In this document: one piece after another, positions 1-9,324 of the stretch
Numbering within the stretch: position 1 is the stretch's first letter
Layout: each line of letters begins with the position of its first letter
Origin: Bacteroidaceae bacterium
Lineage (GTDB): Bacteria; Bacteroidota; Bacteroidia; Bacteroidales; Bacteroidaceae
Direction: 5' to 3'
Length of the DNA: 64,000 nt
Assembly: GCA_045597745.1 (NCBI GenBank)
Contig: JAZLKQ010000528.1
Location: 2,208-66,207 of the forward strand
The notes under the pieces: generated by a model
The model's database searches: none
What the model saw: the letters and a program-made list of their open reading frames with translations, nothing else
What the model was told of the DNA's origin: nothing
Translations under genes and position numbers: made by a program

Positions 1-1205
1 AGCAGCACCTCACCTGTCTCGTCCGATGCCAGCTCGCACTTGTCGCGCACCTCGGCATCAAACCATACACGGAAGTAGCTGTTGCCCAGATTGTGGTTGA
101 GGCCAAGGTCATCCACCGCACATTCCATCTCAGGGCCGCTCTGCCAGTCCTTGACGTCTGCCCAGTCGGTGCCTGCCGTGTTTCGCGCCTGTGTGTGCCA
201 CAGGATATCAAGGAATATCTCCGGGTGAGTGACCTCACGTCCTCCGTTGGTGATGACTGCATAGTTGAAATACTCTCCCTGACGTACAGGGATGTCAGTG
301 CCACGTCCCACGAAGCCATCCAGCTCTGCCCTGATGACGCGCTCCACGTCTATCTGCTCCTGTGCTATGACGGCATAATTGCGGACAAACTCAATGCGGT
401 ATGATGCCTTGTCAATGAGACGCAGGTCAAGCGTGACATAAGGATATGACACAGATACCAGCTCCGGGTGGTCTATGTCTGCCGAAATGACAGCGTTGGT
501 AGTGGCATCCACCACCTGCATGGTAGTACCGACAGGCAGCGAGCCGATAGGAGTGCTGCCCTTCACAAGGCGGCATTCAATCTTCTGGAGATAGTCCTTG
601 CCGCTGGCAGCAGGAGCATCGCCACCCTCACCGATGGCGGACAGGTAGTCATACATCAGCTTGGGGTCGGCCATAGGGTCATACTGAATCCTGCCGTATG
701 AGACAAGGGCAGCGAACATGTCAACACCCTTCTCCGTTGTGGCAAGCACCAGCGTGTCACTGCGCATCTCATAGACCAGGCCTGTGCGCCAGTCCACCAT
801 CTTACCGCTGAACTCCAGCTCAAAGACCTCCTCCGGGCTGACGTTGCGCTTGACAACGAGCATGCCGCGCGTGTCGGATGCCGTCTTCACAATCTCATAG
901 TCGCGTGACTCAACCCAGCCGGCATCTGCCAGGCTCTTGCCGTTCACCTTCCATGTAAGTGAGTCCAGGTCAAGGTATTCATTGCCATTGCCATGAGCAA
1001 ACACGCGGTCAGTGTCTATGACTCTCACCTCCGGCAGGATATATGTAGGAGAAAGCCCCCTGTTAGGCTCATACTCATTACCCCCCAAGTCATACTCCTG
1101 TAGGCATGGAGAGTCAGCAGACATACACACAAGAGAGCAGGACACCGTGAGCGGTGTGAACTGCAGGCGCGTGAACTGCTGTGGCGAGATAATTGTTTTT
1201 CCCAT
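1..1205 (-). CDS. hypothetical virion/tail-module protein, 3' end outside the window
   Basis: ATG at 1205..1203 (MGKTIISPQQFTRLQF...). I hand-translated this frame down to nt 1 without a stop (about 401 codons). It is missing from the ORF track only because no stop lies in the window. It is the last gene of the minus-strand structural block. Confidence 0.7.
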   Translation of the reverse strand, partial: MGKTIISPQQFTRLQFTPLTVSCSLVCMSADSPCLQEYDLGGNEYEPNRGLSPTYILPEVRVIDTDRVFAHGNGNEYLDLDSLTWKVNGKSLADAGWVESRDYEIVKTASDTRGMLVVKRNVSPEEVFELEFSGKMVDWRTGLVYEMRSDTLVLATTEKGVDMFAALVSYGRIQYDPMADPKLMYDYLSAIGEGGDAPAASGKDYLQKIECRLVKGSTPIGSLPVGTTMQVVDATTNAVISADIDHPELVSVSYPYVTLDLRLIDKASYRIEFVRNYAVIAQEQIDVERVIRAELDGFVGRGTDIPVRQGEYFNYAVITNGGREVTHPEIFLDILWHTQARNTAGTDWADVKDWQSGPEMECAVDDLGLNHNLGNSYFRVWFDAEVRDKCELASDETGEVL

Positions 1206-1218
1206 CTTTTATATGATT

Positions 1219-2001
1219 TTATTGATTTAACTTCAAGACACCCTCCAGACTACCATACTCGGAATAGGCCATGAACGTGAACGTGTTGTACGTCCTGCCG
1301 TCCGAAATCCTCACATCATTGCGTGATATGAGTATCTCGTTGCCGCAGTTGACATGCTCCCTGTTCCACACATAGTCAGAGACCTCATCACCGCTGTCCC
1401 TTGTGCATGACCAGCCATAATACTCATCCGTGACATCGTTGCCCAGGCCATCCTCAACCCTTGCCGTCACCACCTCGGTATCATTGTACCCAAGGATGCC
1501 GTCCAGGGACTGCGTAATCACCATGTGGCGCTTCACTCCAAGCTGCTCTATCAGGACAAGGATGTCACTCTTGAGCTTGTACATCTCCTGTATGAGAGGC
1601 TCTATCTCGGCTCTTGACACCGCAGACATGGCATTGCTGTACAGGCTTATCTCTGTGCCTTCCGATATCACCGTGTCCGTACCCGGAAGCTCGTCTGTGC
1701 GTTCTTCACACACCACGAACGCATTGTGATAGTCTATCTGACAGAAACGGACACCGTCCTTGCGCAGCACGATTCTCAAGGAGTACATGCCATTGAAGGC
1801 CTGTTCCTCTTTCTTGAAGAGCCATGACACAACATTGTTGTTCAATCCCGATACAGATGTAGTCATCCTTCCGATGCACCCCCTGCCCGTGAACACCATC
1901 ATGTCATACTCATACTCCCCAAGGTCCAGCGGACTGCCGTCAACCTTAAGAATATGCCACAGGATCGTTATGTCCTTCTCTCCGCGGACAAACTGATTCA
2001 T
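1219..2001 (-). CDS. hypothetical structural-module protein
   Basis: 260-aa ATG ORF, tightly packed (13 nt to the next gene), on the same strand as the capsid block. No motif recognised. Confidence 0.6.
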   Translation of the reverse strand: MNQFVRGEKDITILWHILKVDGSPLDLGEYEYDMMVFTGRGCIGRMTTSVSGLNNNVVSWLFKKEEQAFNGMYSLRIVLRKDGVRFCQIDYHNAFVVCEERTDELPGTDTVISEGTEISLYSNAMSAVSRAEIEPLIQEMYKLKSDILVLIEQLGVKRHMVITQSLDGILGYNDTEVVTARVEDGLGNDVTDEYYGWSCTRDSGDEVSDYVWNREHVNCGNEILISRNDVRISDGRTYNTFTFMAYSEYGSLEGVLKLNQ

Positions 2002-2010
2002 GACTATTGA

Positions 2011-2667
2011 TTACTGATTGAATGATGATAACTTGAAAAAATACTCTGCCTTGTCCGTTTCCCCAAAGATGGCCAGCACCATGCCTGTCAGCTGATAGAT
2101 GATGTTGTCGGCCACGTTCTCGGCCACGTTGTAGGACGTGACACCAGAGCTGTATGCGTAACGCGGCAGATACTCAAAACGTGATATGGCTTCGCCCGGC
2201 TTATCATACTCCTTGCTCAAGGTGTAGTAACGGAATGATGTTGTCCCGTCACTCTTCTTTCCCTGGCACAGCACAAGTACGGGAGCATCATACACGCCCC
2301 TGGTGTACGGATTCTGCTGCATGCGCCCAACAGGAGAATGCTCCGGCACAGCCAAGGCAAGCGGCACAGGAGAGTCCTCTGCCCGGAACGTCACAAGGCG
2401 TAGGAAGTCCTTCTGTATGTCGAAGGACAGCACCCCATCCACTATCGTTGCCGACAGGATATCTGTAGCCGACATTATCTGTCCGTCAAGAATCTCTGCT
2501 GGTGCTGCCTGGTGAACAATGTTGATAGCCTCCGGCAAGGTCTTTGCTATGACATCATCAAGGGACGCATTGTCACCGTCCGCGAACATGGCAGACTCGT
2601 TGACACCTGCTTCATCAAGGTTCTTCCTTACGGCAGTAACCGCGTCAGACAATAGAAGGCTCAACAT
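2011..2667 (-). CDS. hypothetical structural-module protein
   Basis: 218-aa ATG ORF with 6-nt and 9-nt gaps to its neighbours in the head-gene operon. No motif recognised. Confidence 0.6.
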   Translation of the reverse strand: MLSLLLSDAVTAVRKNLDEAGVNESAMFADGDNASLDDVIAKTLPEAINIVHQAAPAEILDGQIMSATDILSATIVDGVLSFDIQKDFLRLVTFRAEDSPVPLALAVPEHSPVGRMQQNPYTRGVYDAPVLVLCQGKKSDGTTSFRYYTLSKEYDKPGEAISRFEYLPRYAYSSGVTSYNVAENVADNIIYQLTGMVLAIFGETDKAEYFFKLSSFNQ

Positions 2668-2673
2668 GGCTTA

Positions 2674-3174
2674 TCAGAGTACAAAGTTGGGGAATACGAT
2701 GCCCTTCTCGTTTGCAAAGGCTCTCATCTTGTCAACGTCAACAAGGACACCTGCCTTGGCACCTGCGGCCTTGAGTACGGCTCTTGCGCCATCAATGGTA
2801 GTAACGTCTGCAAACTCGTTACCCTCGCCACCATCCGTAGGATTCTCTTTCAGCTCTTCTGTGACAGGCTTCTCGGCCGGCTTGTCTGTCTTGCCACCCT
2901 TGCCGCCCTTTGCAGGCTTCTCCACCTTTGCAGGCTGTGGCTCTGCCTCACCATACTGACTGAAAACAACGATCTGTGAGCCGAACATCTTGCTCTCCTC
3001 AATCATGAGCTGCTCGGTAGGGTCGCATGTGACGTAGGTTGCAGGACGGTAGTAAGCGCCAGCAAGAGGATTGCCACCCTTGAACTCCAATGAAAGGAAT
3101 GCGCCACTGTTACCTACTGGTACCTGAATCTTTGCCTGTGTGTAGCCGTAAATGCCGTAAACTTTGGTAATCAT
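2674..3174 (-). CDS. hypothetical head-associated protein (decoration/auxiliary role is a guess)
   Basis: 166 aa. First gene after the capsid terminator. Beta-rich N-terminal half, a PAKVEKPAKGGKGGKTDKPAEKP low-complexity linker and a helical C-terminal tail. Confidence 0.55.
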   Translation of the reverse strand: MITKVYGIYGYTQAKIQVPVGNSGAFLSLEFKGGNPLAGAYYRPATYVTCDPTEQLMIEESKMFGSQIVVFSQYGEAEPQPAKVEKPAKGGKGGKTDKPAEKPVTEELKENPTDGGEGNEFADVTTIDGARAVLKAAGAKAGVLVDVDKMRAFANEKGIVFPNFVL

Positions 3175-3197
3175 ACTTTGTTTGTGTGTTGTTGTTA

Positions 3198-3231
3198 AAT
3201 AAAAATGGGGAAAGGGAAAGTCCCTCTCCCC
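3198..3231 (-). terminator. intrinsic terminator after the capsid candidate
   Basis: Minus-sense GGGGAGAGGGA-CUU-UCCCUUUCCCC (11-bp stem with one G.U, which would be an A.C mismatch on the plus strand) followed by ATTTTTATTT. Confidence 0.75.
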
Positions 3232-3253
3232 ACTATCAGGTTAATAAATTAGA

Positions 3254-4960
3254 TTAGACATGCTCGTTGATGATGCCCTGGAACTTTACCCAGCCTTCCA
3301 GCTCGGCATCCCACTCAACAACATCACCCTTGTCAAAGCCGTTCTCTGCATCGGCAGCAGTCAGGTAGTACTTCTTCTGCTTTGCCTCTGCTGTGAGAGA
3401 GCCGCCAGAAGGAAGTGCAGCTACTGACTCGAAGCTTGCCTGGATGCCACCAAGGTTTGCGGCATTGAGGGCAGCAGATGAAGGACATACAAGAACTGCG
3501 TTGTGACCCATCAGGTCGATGCAGTCAATGCGTACAAGGTTGTACTCCTTGGCCTCGCGTGCCTCGGCAGTCTTAGACATATCGCGCTGTGTCTGCTTTT
3601 CGTTCACAAGGTATGGACGCTCAGCGTTCTCAAGATCAAGGACGGCCATATAGTCGCTGTAACCCAGGTCGTCGAGAGCCTGTGCCCAGATGAACTCCAG
3701 TGTACCGAAGTTGTCCTCATACTTGCGGATCTTGATACCGAAGCGGTTAACCTCAACCTTGCCGATATCCTTGTACTTTGAAGCAGAGTTAACGTACTTA
3801 ATGACGCGTGACAGCTCCTTCTTGCCGCAGAATGCGTATGCATGGTCGTTTGAAGCGTTCACGGTGAACATCAGGGTAGTGATTGCCAGGAAGTCATCGT
3901 CGGTCATGTCTGCACCATGAGTGTAGAGCATAGGAATCTGACGGAGCATACCCTTCTCTGTGAATACGTCCTCACGCTGGCCTGTCTCAGGAACAAACAC
4001 CTGGATGCGTGTCTCGGTAGAGTTCCAGTGTGAACGTGCGCACTTTCTCTTGAAGTTCTCCTTTGCAGAAGCAAGGACGTGACGTGTCTTGAACGACATC
4101 TTCTTCTCTGACTCCTCAAAGAAATCAGTAACGGTAACGGTCTCAATCTTCTTCTGGAGATAGCACTTGTCATCTGTTGGGATGAATGCATCAGAAGCAA
4201 CCTTCATCTGTGACTCGGCACCAGCGGTTGACATCACATGCAGCACGGCTGTAGGATTGATGGTAACGGTCTGCGAAGCCTCAACAGGAGCATTCAGCAC
4301 CTTGAACACAACCTTGTCTGAGCCGTCCTTGTGGTCCTTGACGAACAGCACAAGCTCGCCGTCAACGATGGCATGATTCTCGTTGTCCTTCTTGTAACCC
4401 TTGACACCCTCAACAACTACGGTAGAGAACTCGGTAAGGATCTCGACGTTGTCAAATGCAGCAGCAGGGATTGTCAGCTCCTTGGTAGCAGCGGTGTATG
4501 TACCAGCTACGTTAGAGGTAGAGAATGTGATTGCGCTGCCAGTATAGGTAGCATCCAGGTCGGTAGAACCGGTAATCCAGTGTCTGTGGATATAGTCCTT
4601 TGCCTTCACTGGCTTGCAGACGCGGGCGATGATTGCCTCCTCCGGAAAGCGGAACTTACGGAACTCAACGGTCTTCTCATCATAGTCCTCTGCCATGAGA
4701 CCAGCATCGCGGATATCGGTGCCTGTCTGTGTGTGGTTAGGCAGCTGGGTCTTGTTGCCCTGCTCATCCTTCACAGGCTTCTCACCATCAGGACGGTCTT
4801 CAATATTCTCAGATGGATTAGGGTTTTCAGCATCCTGCACCGGATCCACCACTGCCATAGCAAAGCCGCAGTCAACACCTACGAAGGCTGCGAGCAGCAC
4901 AAGCAGAGCTGACAGTACACTCATCTTGTGACTCTTGATAAAATTGATTGTCTTCATCAT
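3254..4960 (-). CDS. major capsid protein candidate
   Basis: 568 aa, directly downstream of the scaffold-like ORF and followed by a strong terminator. The call rests on size and position only. The N-terminal 35 aa are oddly hydrophobic, so the true start may be a later ATG (for example 4858). Confidence 0.5.
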   Translation of the reverse strand: MMKTINFIKSHKMSVLSALLVLLAAFVGVDCGFAMAVVDPVQDAENPNPSENIEDRPDGEKPVKDEQGNKTQLPNHTQTGTDIRDAGLMAEDYDEKTVEFRKFRFPEEAIIARVCKPVKAKDYIHRHWITGSTDLDATYTGSAITFSTSNVAGTYTAATKELTIPAAAFDNVEILTEFSTVVVEGVKGYKKDNENHAIVDGELVLFVKDHKDGSDKVVFKVLNAPVEASQTVTINPTAVLHVMSTAGAESQMKVASDAFIPTDDKCYLQKKIETVTVTDFFEESEKKMSFKTRHVLASAKENFKRKCARSHWNSTETRIQVFVPETGQREDVFTEKGMLRQIPMLYTHGADMTDDDFLAITTLMFTVNASNDHAYAFCGKKELSRVIKYVNSASKYKDIGKVEVNRFGIKIRKYEDNFGTLEFIWAQALDDLGYSDYMAVLDLENAERPYLVNEKQTQRDMSKTAEAREAKEYNLVRIDCIDLMGHNAVLVCPSSAALNAANLGGIQASFESVAALPSGGSLTAEAKQKKYYLTAADAENGFDKGDVVEWDAELEGWVKFQGIINEHV

Positions 4961-4981
4961 AACTATAAAGTATTAGATTCT

Positions 4982-5749
4982 TCACTCTACATCATCCCAT
5001 ATGTTGTATGGCTTTGGTGGCTGTGGTGCAGGAGTGTGCATACCACGTCCTCCCGACATTGAAGGAGGCATGTTGCCAGCATCGTTCTTTGACCTGCGCT
5101 GTGCCACTATCTTCTGGTTGCGGCCGTCAACGATACCCTCCTGGCGTGCCGATGCCACGTCATTGTCATAGCCAAGTGCCTTGTTCGCCATCTCGAAGTC
5201 GGACTCGTCATAGGCATTGGTCAGACCCTTGTCATACACGTCAATGAGACGCACGGCAATATCCTTCTTGCGGTCAATGTCAAGACCCTTCTCATCACCC
5301 CACTTGTCCAGACGGTCAAGGAAGCTGTTCCAGTTGGCATCAGCCTCGGCAATTAGGTTGTCGTTCTCCTGCTTGCGTGTTCTCCATGACTGCAAGCCAT
5401 CAGCAAACTTGCCACGGCCATCTTCGGTAGCCAGGTCACTCAAATCATCACCAAACACCTTGACAAGGGCAGCTCTTGGGTCACCACTGCGTACCCACTC
5501 ATCAATGAAATCAGCACACTGCGGGTCACTCATCATGAGCTTCACAAGCGCCTCATCCTTCTGGCGGTATTCATCAATGGTCTTGCCCTGCTTATCCAGC
5601 ATGTCAAGAACGGCCTGTTCCAAATCGTCCACGGTTTCCCCGCTTTCCACGCTCACAGGACCGAATTTCTTGTCAGGATAGGCTTCGCTCATTCGTGCGC
5701 TGAGCCTGTCCCTGCTACTCTTAACTTCCTGAGTATTAGACTTTGACAT
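4982..5749 (-). CDS. scaffolding-like protein
   Basis: 255 aa, highly charged and helical-looking. First gene after late element #1 and immediately upstream of the capsid candidate. Confidence 0.5.
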   Translation of the reverse strand: MSKSNTQEVKSSRDRLSARMSEAYPDKKFGPVSVESGETVDDLEQAVLDMLDKQGKTIDEYRQKDEALVKLMMSDPQCADFIDEWVRSGDPRAALVKVFGDDLSDLATEDGRGKFADGLQSWRTRKQENDNLIAEADANWNSFLDRLDKWGDEKGLDIDRKKDIAVRLIDVYDKGLTNAYDESDFEMANKALGYDNDVASARQEGIVDGRNQKIVAQRRSKNDAGNMPPSMSGGRGMHTPAPQPPKPYNIWDDVE

Positions 5750-5783
5750 ATATTAATTGATTGAAATATTACAATTCAGCACT

Positions 5784-5827
5784 CAAAAATAAATCTGCTA
5801 AAAACGGCCGTTAGTCTATCTTAGCCT
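5784..5827 (-). promoter_or_regulatory. late-promoter-like composite element #1
   Basis: Minus sense: AGGCTAAGATAGAC (5827..5814), a 22-nt spacer, then TATTTTTG (5791..5784). It lies 34 nt upstream of the ATG at 5749. Confidence 0.55.
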
Positions 5828-5834
5828 AATGAAG

Positions 5835-5842
5835 TAACTTTG
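5835..5842 (+). promoter_or_regulatory. host-type -7 promoter box for the packaging operon
   Basis: TAACTTTG is a perfect TAnnTTTG (Bacteroides -7 consensus), 19 nt before the ATG at 5862. It is divergent from late element #1. Confidence 0.55.
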
Positions 5843-5861
5843 AATAGGAGCTGTATGACAG

Positions 5862-6284
5862 ATGAAAGATACTGAACTGAAGAAACAGAGGGACAGAGAC
5901 CTCTATGCCGCTTATGTTGAAGGACTCAGGCAGCGGACGTTCGCTTCGCTGGGTGAGGCGTCAGAGTATGCGCGTAAGCAGACAGCCCCCCAATACTATA
6001 TCTCCGCAAGGACTGCATCCCTGCTGATACACAAGATACAGAACAAGGTATCGCTCATTGACGTGCATGAGAGTTCGCGCAGGCGCATCTGGCAGCTCTA
6101 TGACCGTTACCAGGAATATCTGCGTGAGAACCCCGACACCAAGGAAGCGCGTGAGATCATCCTTGAGAAGCTCGTTGAGACGCCAGCACCGGAGTTCTTC
6201 CTGTCCGGCAGCAGGGCCAAGCATATCATAATAGAGGAGCGCAGACGCAGACGTTCCGTAATGCGTAACAAAGGACACCGATGA
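5862..6284 (+). CDS. small basic HTH-like protein (small terminase or transcription factor; undecided)
   Basis: 140 aa. First gene of the operon containing TerL. RDRDLYAAYVEGL...YISARTASLLIHKI looks like a Mor/HTH-type segment, and the C-terminus is RRRRR-rich. Confidence 0.6.
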   Translation: MKDTELKKQRDRDLYAAYVEGLRQRTFASLGEASEYARKQTAPQYYISARTASLLIHKIQNKVSLIDVHESSRRRIWQLYDRYQEYLRENPDTKEAREIILEKLVETPAPEFFLSGSRAKHIIIEERRRRRSVMRNKGHR

Positions 6285-6748
6285 TAGTAATCACCTTGCT
6301 TGCAGTAATCGTCCTGCTGTGTGTGCTGCACGTCAATCCGATGCTCACACCCTGCACCTATCAGTTCTTCCATGCCAACATCTTCCACATGTTGGCAAAC
6401 GGCCTTGCGCTCTACACTATATTCAGGCCAGGGAGAAAGGACAACATACCTGTTGCTGCCCTCTCCTACCTCATATCGGTGCTTGTGTTCCCGCTCTCGC
6501 ACCTCACACCCATAGGCATAAGCAACATGCTGTACGCAGCCATAGGCATGCGCACACCGCCATTCAGCAACAGATGGTGGACGGCAGCACCGACATGGAC
6601 GTTCCATGCCGTGACCATCCTCATGCTCCTCATACCGCATTTCAGCGCCGTGTCGCACATATATTCCTATATCATGGGGATATGTGCCGCCATTGTCATC
6701 CGTTTCCTCAAAGACCTCAGTCATGAAGAAGAAAGAGCCGTTAAGTGA
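6281..6748 (+). CDS. mini rhomboid-like intramembrane serine protease
   Basis: 155 aa with about six hydrophobic segments. FHANIFHMLAN fits HxxxxHxxxN, GISNMLYAAIG aligns with the rhomboid GASGAIFGLLG, and a later SHIYSYIMG supplies the TM6 His. ATGA overlap with the upstream ORF. Confidence 0.6.
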   Translation: MIVITLLAVIVLLCVLHVNPMLTPCTYQFFHANIFHMLANGLALYTIFRPGRKDNIPVAALSYLISVLVFPLSHLTPIGISNMLYAAIGMRTPPFSNRWWTAAPTWTFHAVTILMLLIPHFSAVSHIYSYIMGICAAIVIRFLKDLSHEEERAVK

Positions 6749-8861
6749 AGAAGACCTTGCGGCCATTGAGGCCATCGTCAAGGAGAACTACAAGCGCTGG
6801 GAGCAACTGCAGTGCAACTATGACCCCATCACGGGCGAGGGCCTTGCCGAACTCCTGGAGGAGAAGCGCGTAAGGCTGCGCATCCCCGACTTTGCCACAC
6901 CTGACATCCTTGTGCCGGAAGACATGATGAAGGTCAAGCTGGTTAAGAAGATTGTCAGGGCAGGAGGAATACAGAACTTCGTTGACACCTATAAGTTCAA
7001 GAGCGACACCAAGCCGACCTTTCAGGACATTGAAGACCAGCTGCGACGTGTGCGCCACAAGTACGACTACTGCCACTGGGCATACTTCTGCATCTGGATT
7101 GATGCCAAGCTTGGCGGTCGCATCCGCTTCAAGCTCAACTACGCACAGATACAGGTGCTGAAGCTGTGTCTGCGTCTCATGCGGGCAGGGAAGCCTATCA
7201 ACATTGTCATTGACAAGGCACGTCAGTGGGGCGGCTCCACGTTCTGCATCTTCTTTCAGTTCTGGATTGCCGTACACTGGGACCACTACCACTCCTTTGC
7301 TGTGGCAGCACATGTACAGGACGCAGCGCACAACGTATTCAACATGCTGACCGATGCCCTTGCCGAATATCCTGCATGGGATCTCGGTCTGCCAAGAGGC
7401 ACGGAGCTGCATTTCGGCAATGCTGGCGGCAACAAGCATGCATGGCAGATCAAGGACAAGAACAACAAGGCCGTCATGCCGTTCAAGATATTCATCGGCT
7501 CGGCAGAACGTCCTGACTCCCTGCGTTCCGGCCGTATCAGTGGCGCACACTACTCTGAGGTTGGTGTATGGCCCAACACACCGGGCAAGTCAGCGGAAGA
7601 CCTTGTGGCAGATATCTCTGGTGGTATCCCAAAGCAGCAGAAGCTCGCCATGCAGGTCTTTGAGTCCACCGCCAAGACATCCGATGACTACTTCCATGAC
7701 CTCTGCTATGACGCAGACGCAGGAGAGAGCAACTTCACCCTGCTGTTCATCGCGTTCTTCCTCATACCGCATGACACCATGCCGATTGATGACCTGTATG
7801 AGTTCGCCACATGGCTGTGGACAAACAGGAAGAACGACACACCGAAAGATGGCTGGAAGATGCCCGGCAAATACTACTGGTGGCTATGGGAGCAGGGTGC
7901 ATCCTTGCAGTCCATACAATGGTACCGCTATGAGGAGAAGAACTTCTCCAAGCGCTCACAGATGGTCAACGAGGCACCAGCATCCATGCCGGAGTCCTTT
8001 CAGTCAGCCGGACAGAAGGTCTTTGACTTCTATGACGTGGACTACATGGCACGTCACACACGCGCACCGCTGTATGAAGGTGACCTTATCAGTGATGCAG
8101 ACAAAGGGCCGGAGGTACTCAACAATATACGTTTCATCTCCAAGGCTGGCGGCAACCTCAAGATCTGGGAAATGCCCGATGACACTCCCGTCAATGACCG
8201 CTATGTGGTGGCCGTTGATGTCGGTGGCCCTAACCCGACCAGTGACTACTCTTCCGTGCGCGTCCTTGACCGCCTCATGATGATGGAGGACTTCGGTCTT
8301 GACGGCAAGCCTAACGTGGTAGCGGAAATGCACTACCATACAGACCTTGACCTGCTGGCCTACGATGCCATGCGCCTTGCCGAATGGTACAACACCGCCC
8401 TGCTGGTCATAGAGTCAAACACCATGGAGACGCGCGACCCCAACCGCGACACTGGGCCTGACGGCTTCGAGTACATCATGGACATCATTGCTGACATCTA
8501 CGGAGCAAAGAACCTGTACGCACGTCATAACAAGGAAGAGGACATGGCTGACAAGGTGGAACACAAGTGGGGATTCCATACCAACGTCAGCACCAAGCCG
8601 AAAATCATCAACAACATGAAGGTCTGTCTGCGTGACAGACTCTGGGATGAGCCAAGCAAGATTGTCACAAATGAGCTGTCCGTATATGTTGAGGACAAGA
8701 AGAAGCTGACAGCACCGAAAGGCAAAAAGGATGATGCGCTCATGGCAACCGCCATTCTCCTTTGGATAGCCTACAAGGAGATGCCAGCACCAACATGGAA
8801 GAAGAAAGAGACATTAAAGAAAGACAGGATAGTAAGCACCAACAACGCAGCAAGCCTATAA
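6723..8861 (+). CDS. terL: terminase large subunit
   Basis: KARQWGGSTF deviant Walker A, followed by an ATPase core. The C-terminal RNaseH-like nuclease has VVAVDVGG...DYSS and ...KKDDALMATAILLW acidic motifs. The start is moved to the ATG at 6723 (MKKKEPL). Confidence 0.85.
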   Translation: MKKKEPLSEEDLAAIEAIVKENYKRWEQLQCNYDPITGEGLAELLEEKRVRLRIPDFATPDILVPEDMMKVKLVKKIVRAGGIQNFVDTYKFKSDTKPTFQDIEDQLRRVRHKYDYCHWAYFCIWIDAKLGGRIRFKLNYAQIQVLKLCLRLMRAGKPINIVIDKARQWGGSTFCIFFQFWIAVHWDHYHSFAVAAHVQDAAHNVFNMLTDALAEYPAWDLGLPRGTELHFGNAGGNKHAWQIKDKNNKAVMPFKIFIGSAERPDSLRSGRISGAHYSEVGVWPNTPGKSAEDLVADISGGIPKQQKLAMQVFESTAKTSDDYFHDLCYDADAGESNFTLLFIAFFLIPHDTMPIDDLYEFATWLWTNRKNDTPKDGWKMPGKYYWWLWEQGASLQSIQWYRYEEKNFSKRSQMVNEAPASMPESFQSAGQKVFDFYDVDYMARHTRAPLYEGDLISDADKGPEVLNNIRFISKAGGNLKIWEMPDDTPVNDRYVVAVDVGGPNPTSDYSSVRVLDRLMMMEDFGLDGKPNVVAEMHYHTDLDLLAYDAMRLAEWYNTALLVIESNTMETRDPNRDTGPDGFEYIMDIIADIYGAKNLYARHNKEEDMADKVEHKWGFHTNVSTKPKIINNMKVCLRDRLWDEPSKIVTNELSVYVEDKKKLTAPKGKKDDALMATAILLWIAYKEMPAPTWKKKETLKKDRIVSTNNAASL

Positions 8862-8863
8862 CT

Positions 8864-9244
8864 ATGAACAAGATTATTGCATTTTTCAAGAAGTTGAGAC
8901 TGAAGATTGCCCGCATTATAGTCATCGCCTGGGCAAAGTTGAACTACCGCATAGCCGTTGACAAAGCCAACAAACGCTATGAAGAGGAACGCACCATGAT
9001 ATATGTTGTCGCGCAGCCGTTCCAGCCGGACGTACTCACTACCTATGACCACAGACGTTTCAAGGCAGAGAAGGCCGCATGGGGCAGACAGTACGCAGCA
9101 TTCCTCACGCTGGCAGGCATGAAAGCCGGATGCTACTATCACACTCCAGACAGAGCTGGCAACCAGGCCATGACACCGGAAGAGATAGAGAAGCGCAAGG
9201 CATACTTCATCCGCGAAAGACTCTACAAAGCAAAACTATTATAA
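8864..9244 (+). CDS. hypothetical protein
   Basis: The ATG at 8864 lies 2 nt after the TerL stop (MNKIIAFFKK...). 126 aa and basic. Confidence 0.55.
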   Translation: MNKIIAFFKKLRLKIARIIVIAWAKLNYRIAVDKANKRYEEERTMIYVVAQPFQPDVLTTYDHRRFKAEKAAWGRQYAAFLTLAGMKAGCYYHTPDRAGNQAMTPEEIEKRKAYFIRERLYKAKLL

Positions 9245-9249
9245 AGCAG

Positions 9250-9286
9250 AAAGCCCTCGTTTCACAACGGGGGCTTTCCTTTTACA
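9250..9286 (+). terminator. intrinsic terminator of the packaging operon
   Basis: AAAGCCCUCG-loop-CGGGGGCUUU (10-bp stem with one U.G, plus-strand specific) followed by a T-rich tail. It sits between convergent genes. Confidence 0.65.
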
Positions 9287-9324
9287 ACTAAATAACTAAT
9301 AACTCAAATATGAAAAAACATTGA

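Noticed and set aside
1012-1230. 72-aa plus-strand ORF bridging 1012-1230
   Set aside because: It is antisense to the verified stop-free minus-strand frame 1-1205 and crosses an intergenic gap.
6684-6722. Longer TerL start at 6684
   Set aside because: It would overlap the rhomboid-like ORF by 65 nt and add a Ser/Pro-rich leader. The ATG at 6723 (MKKKEPL) gives a more typical short overlap. The choice remains uncertain.
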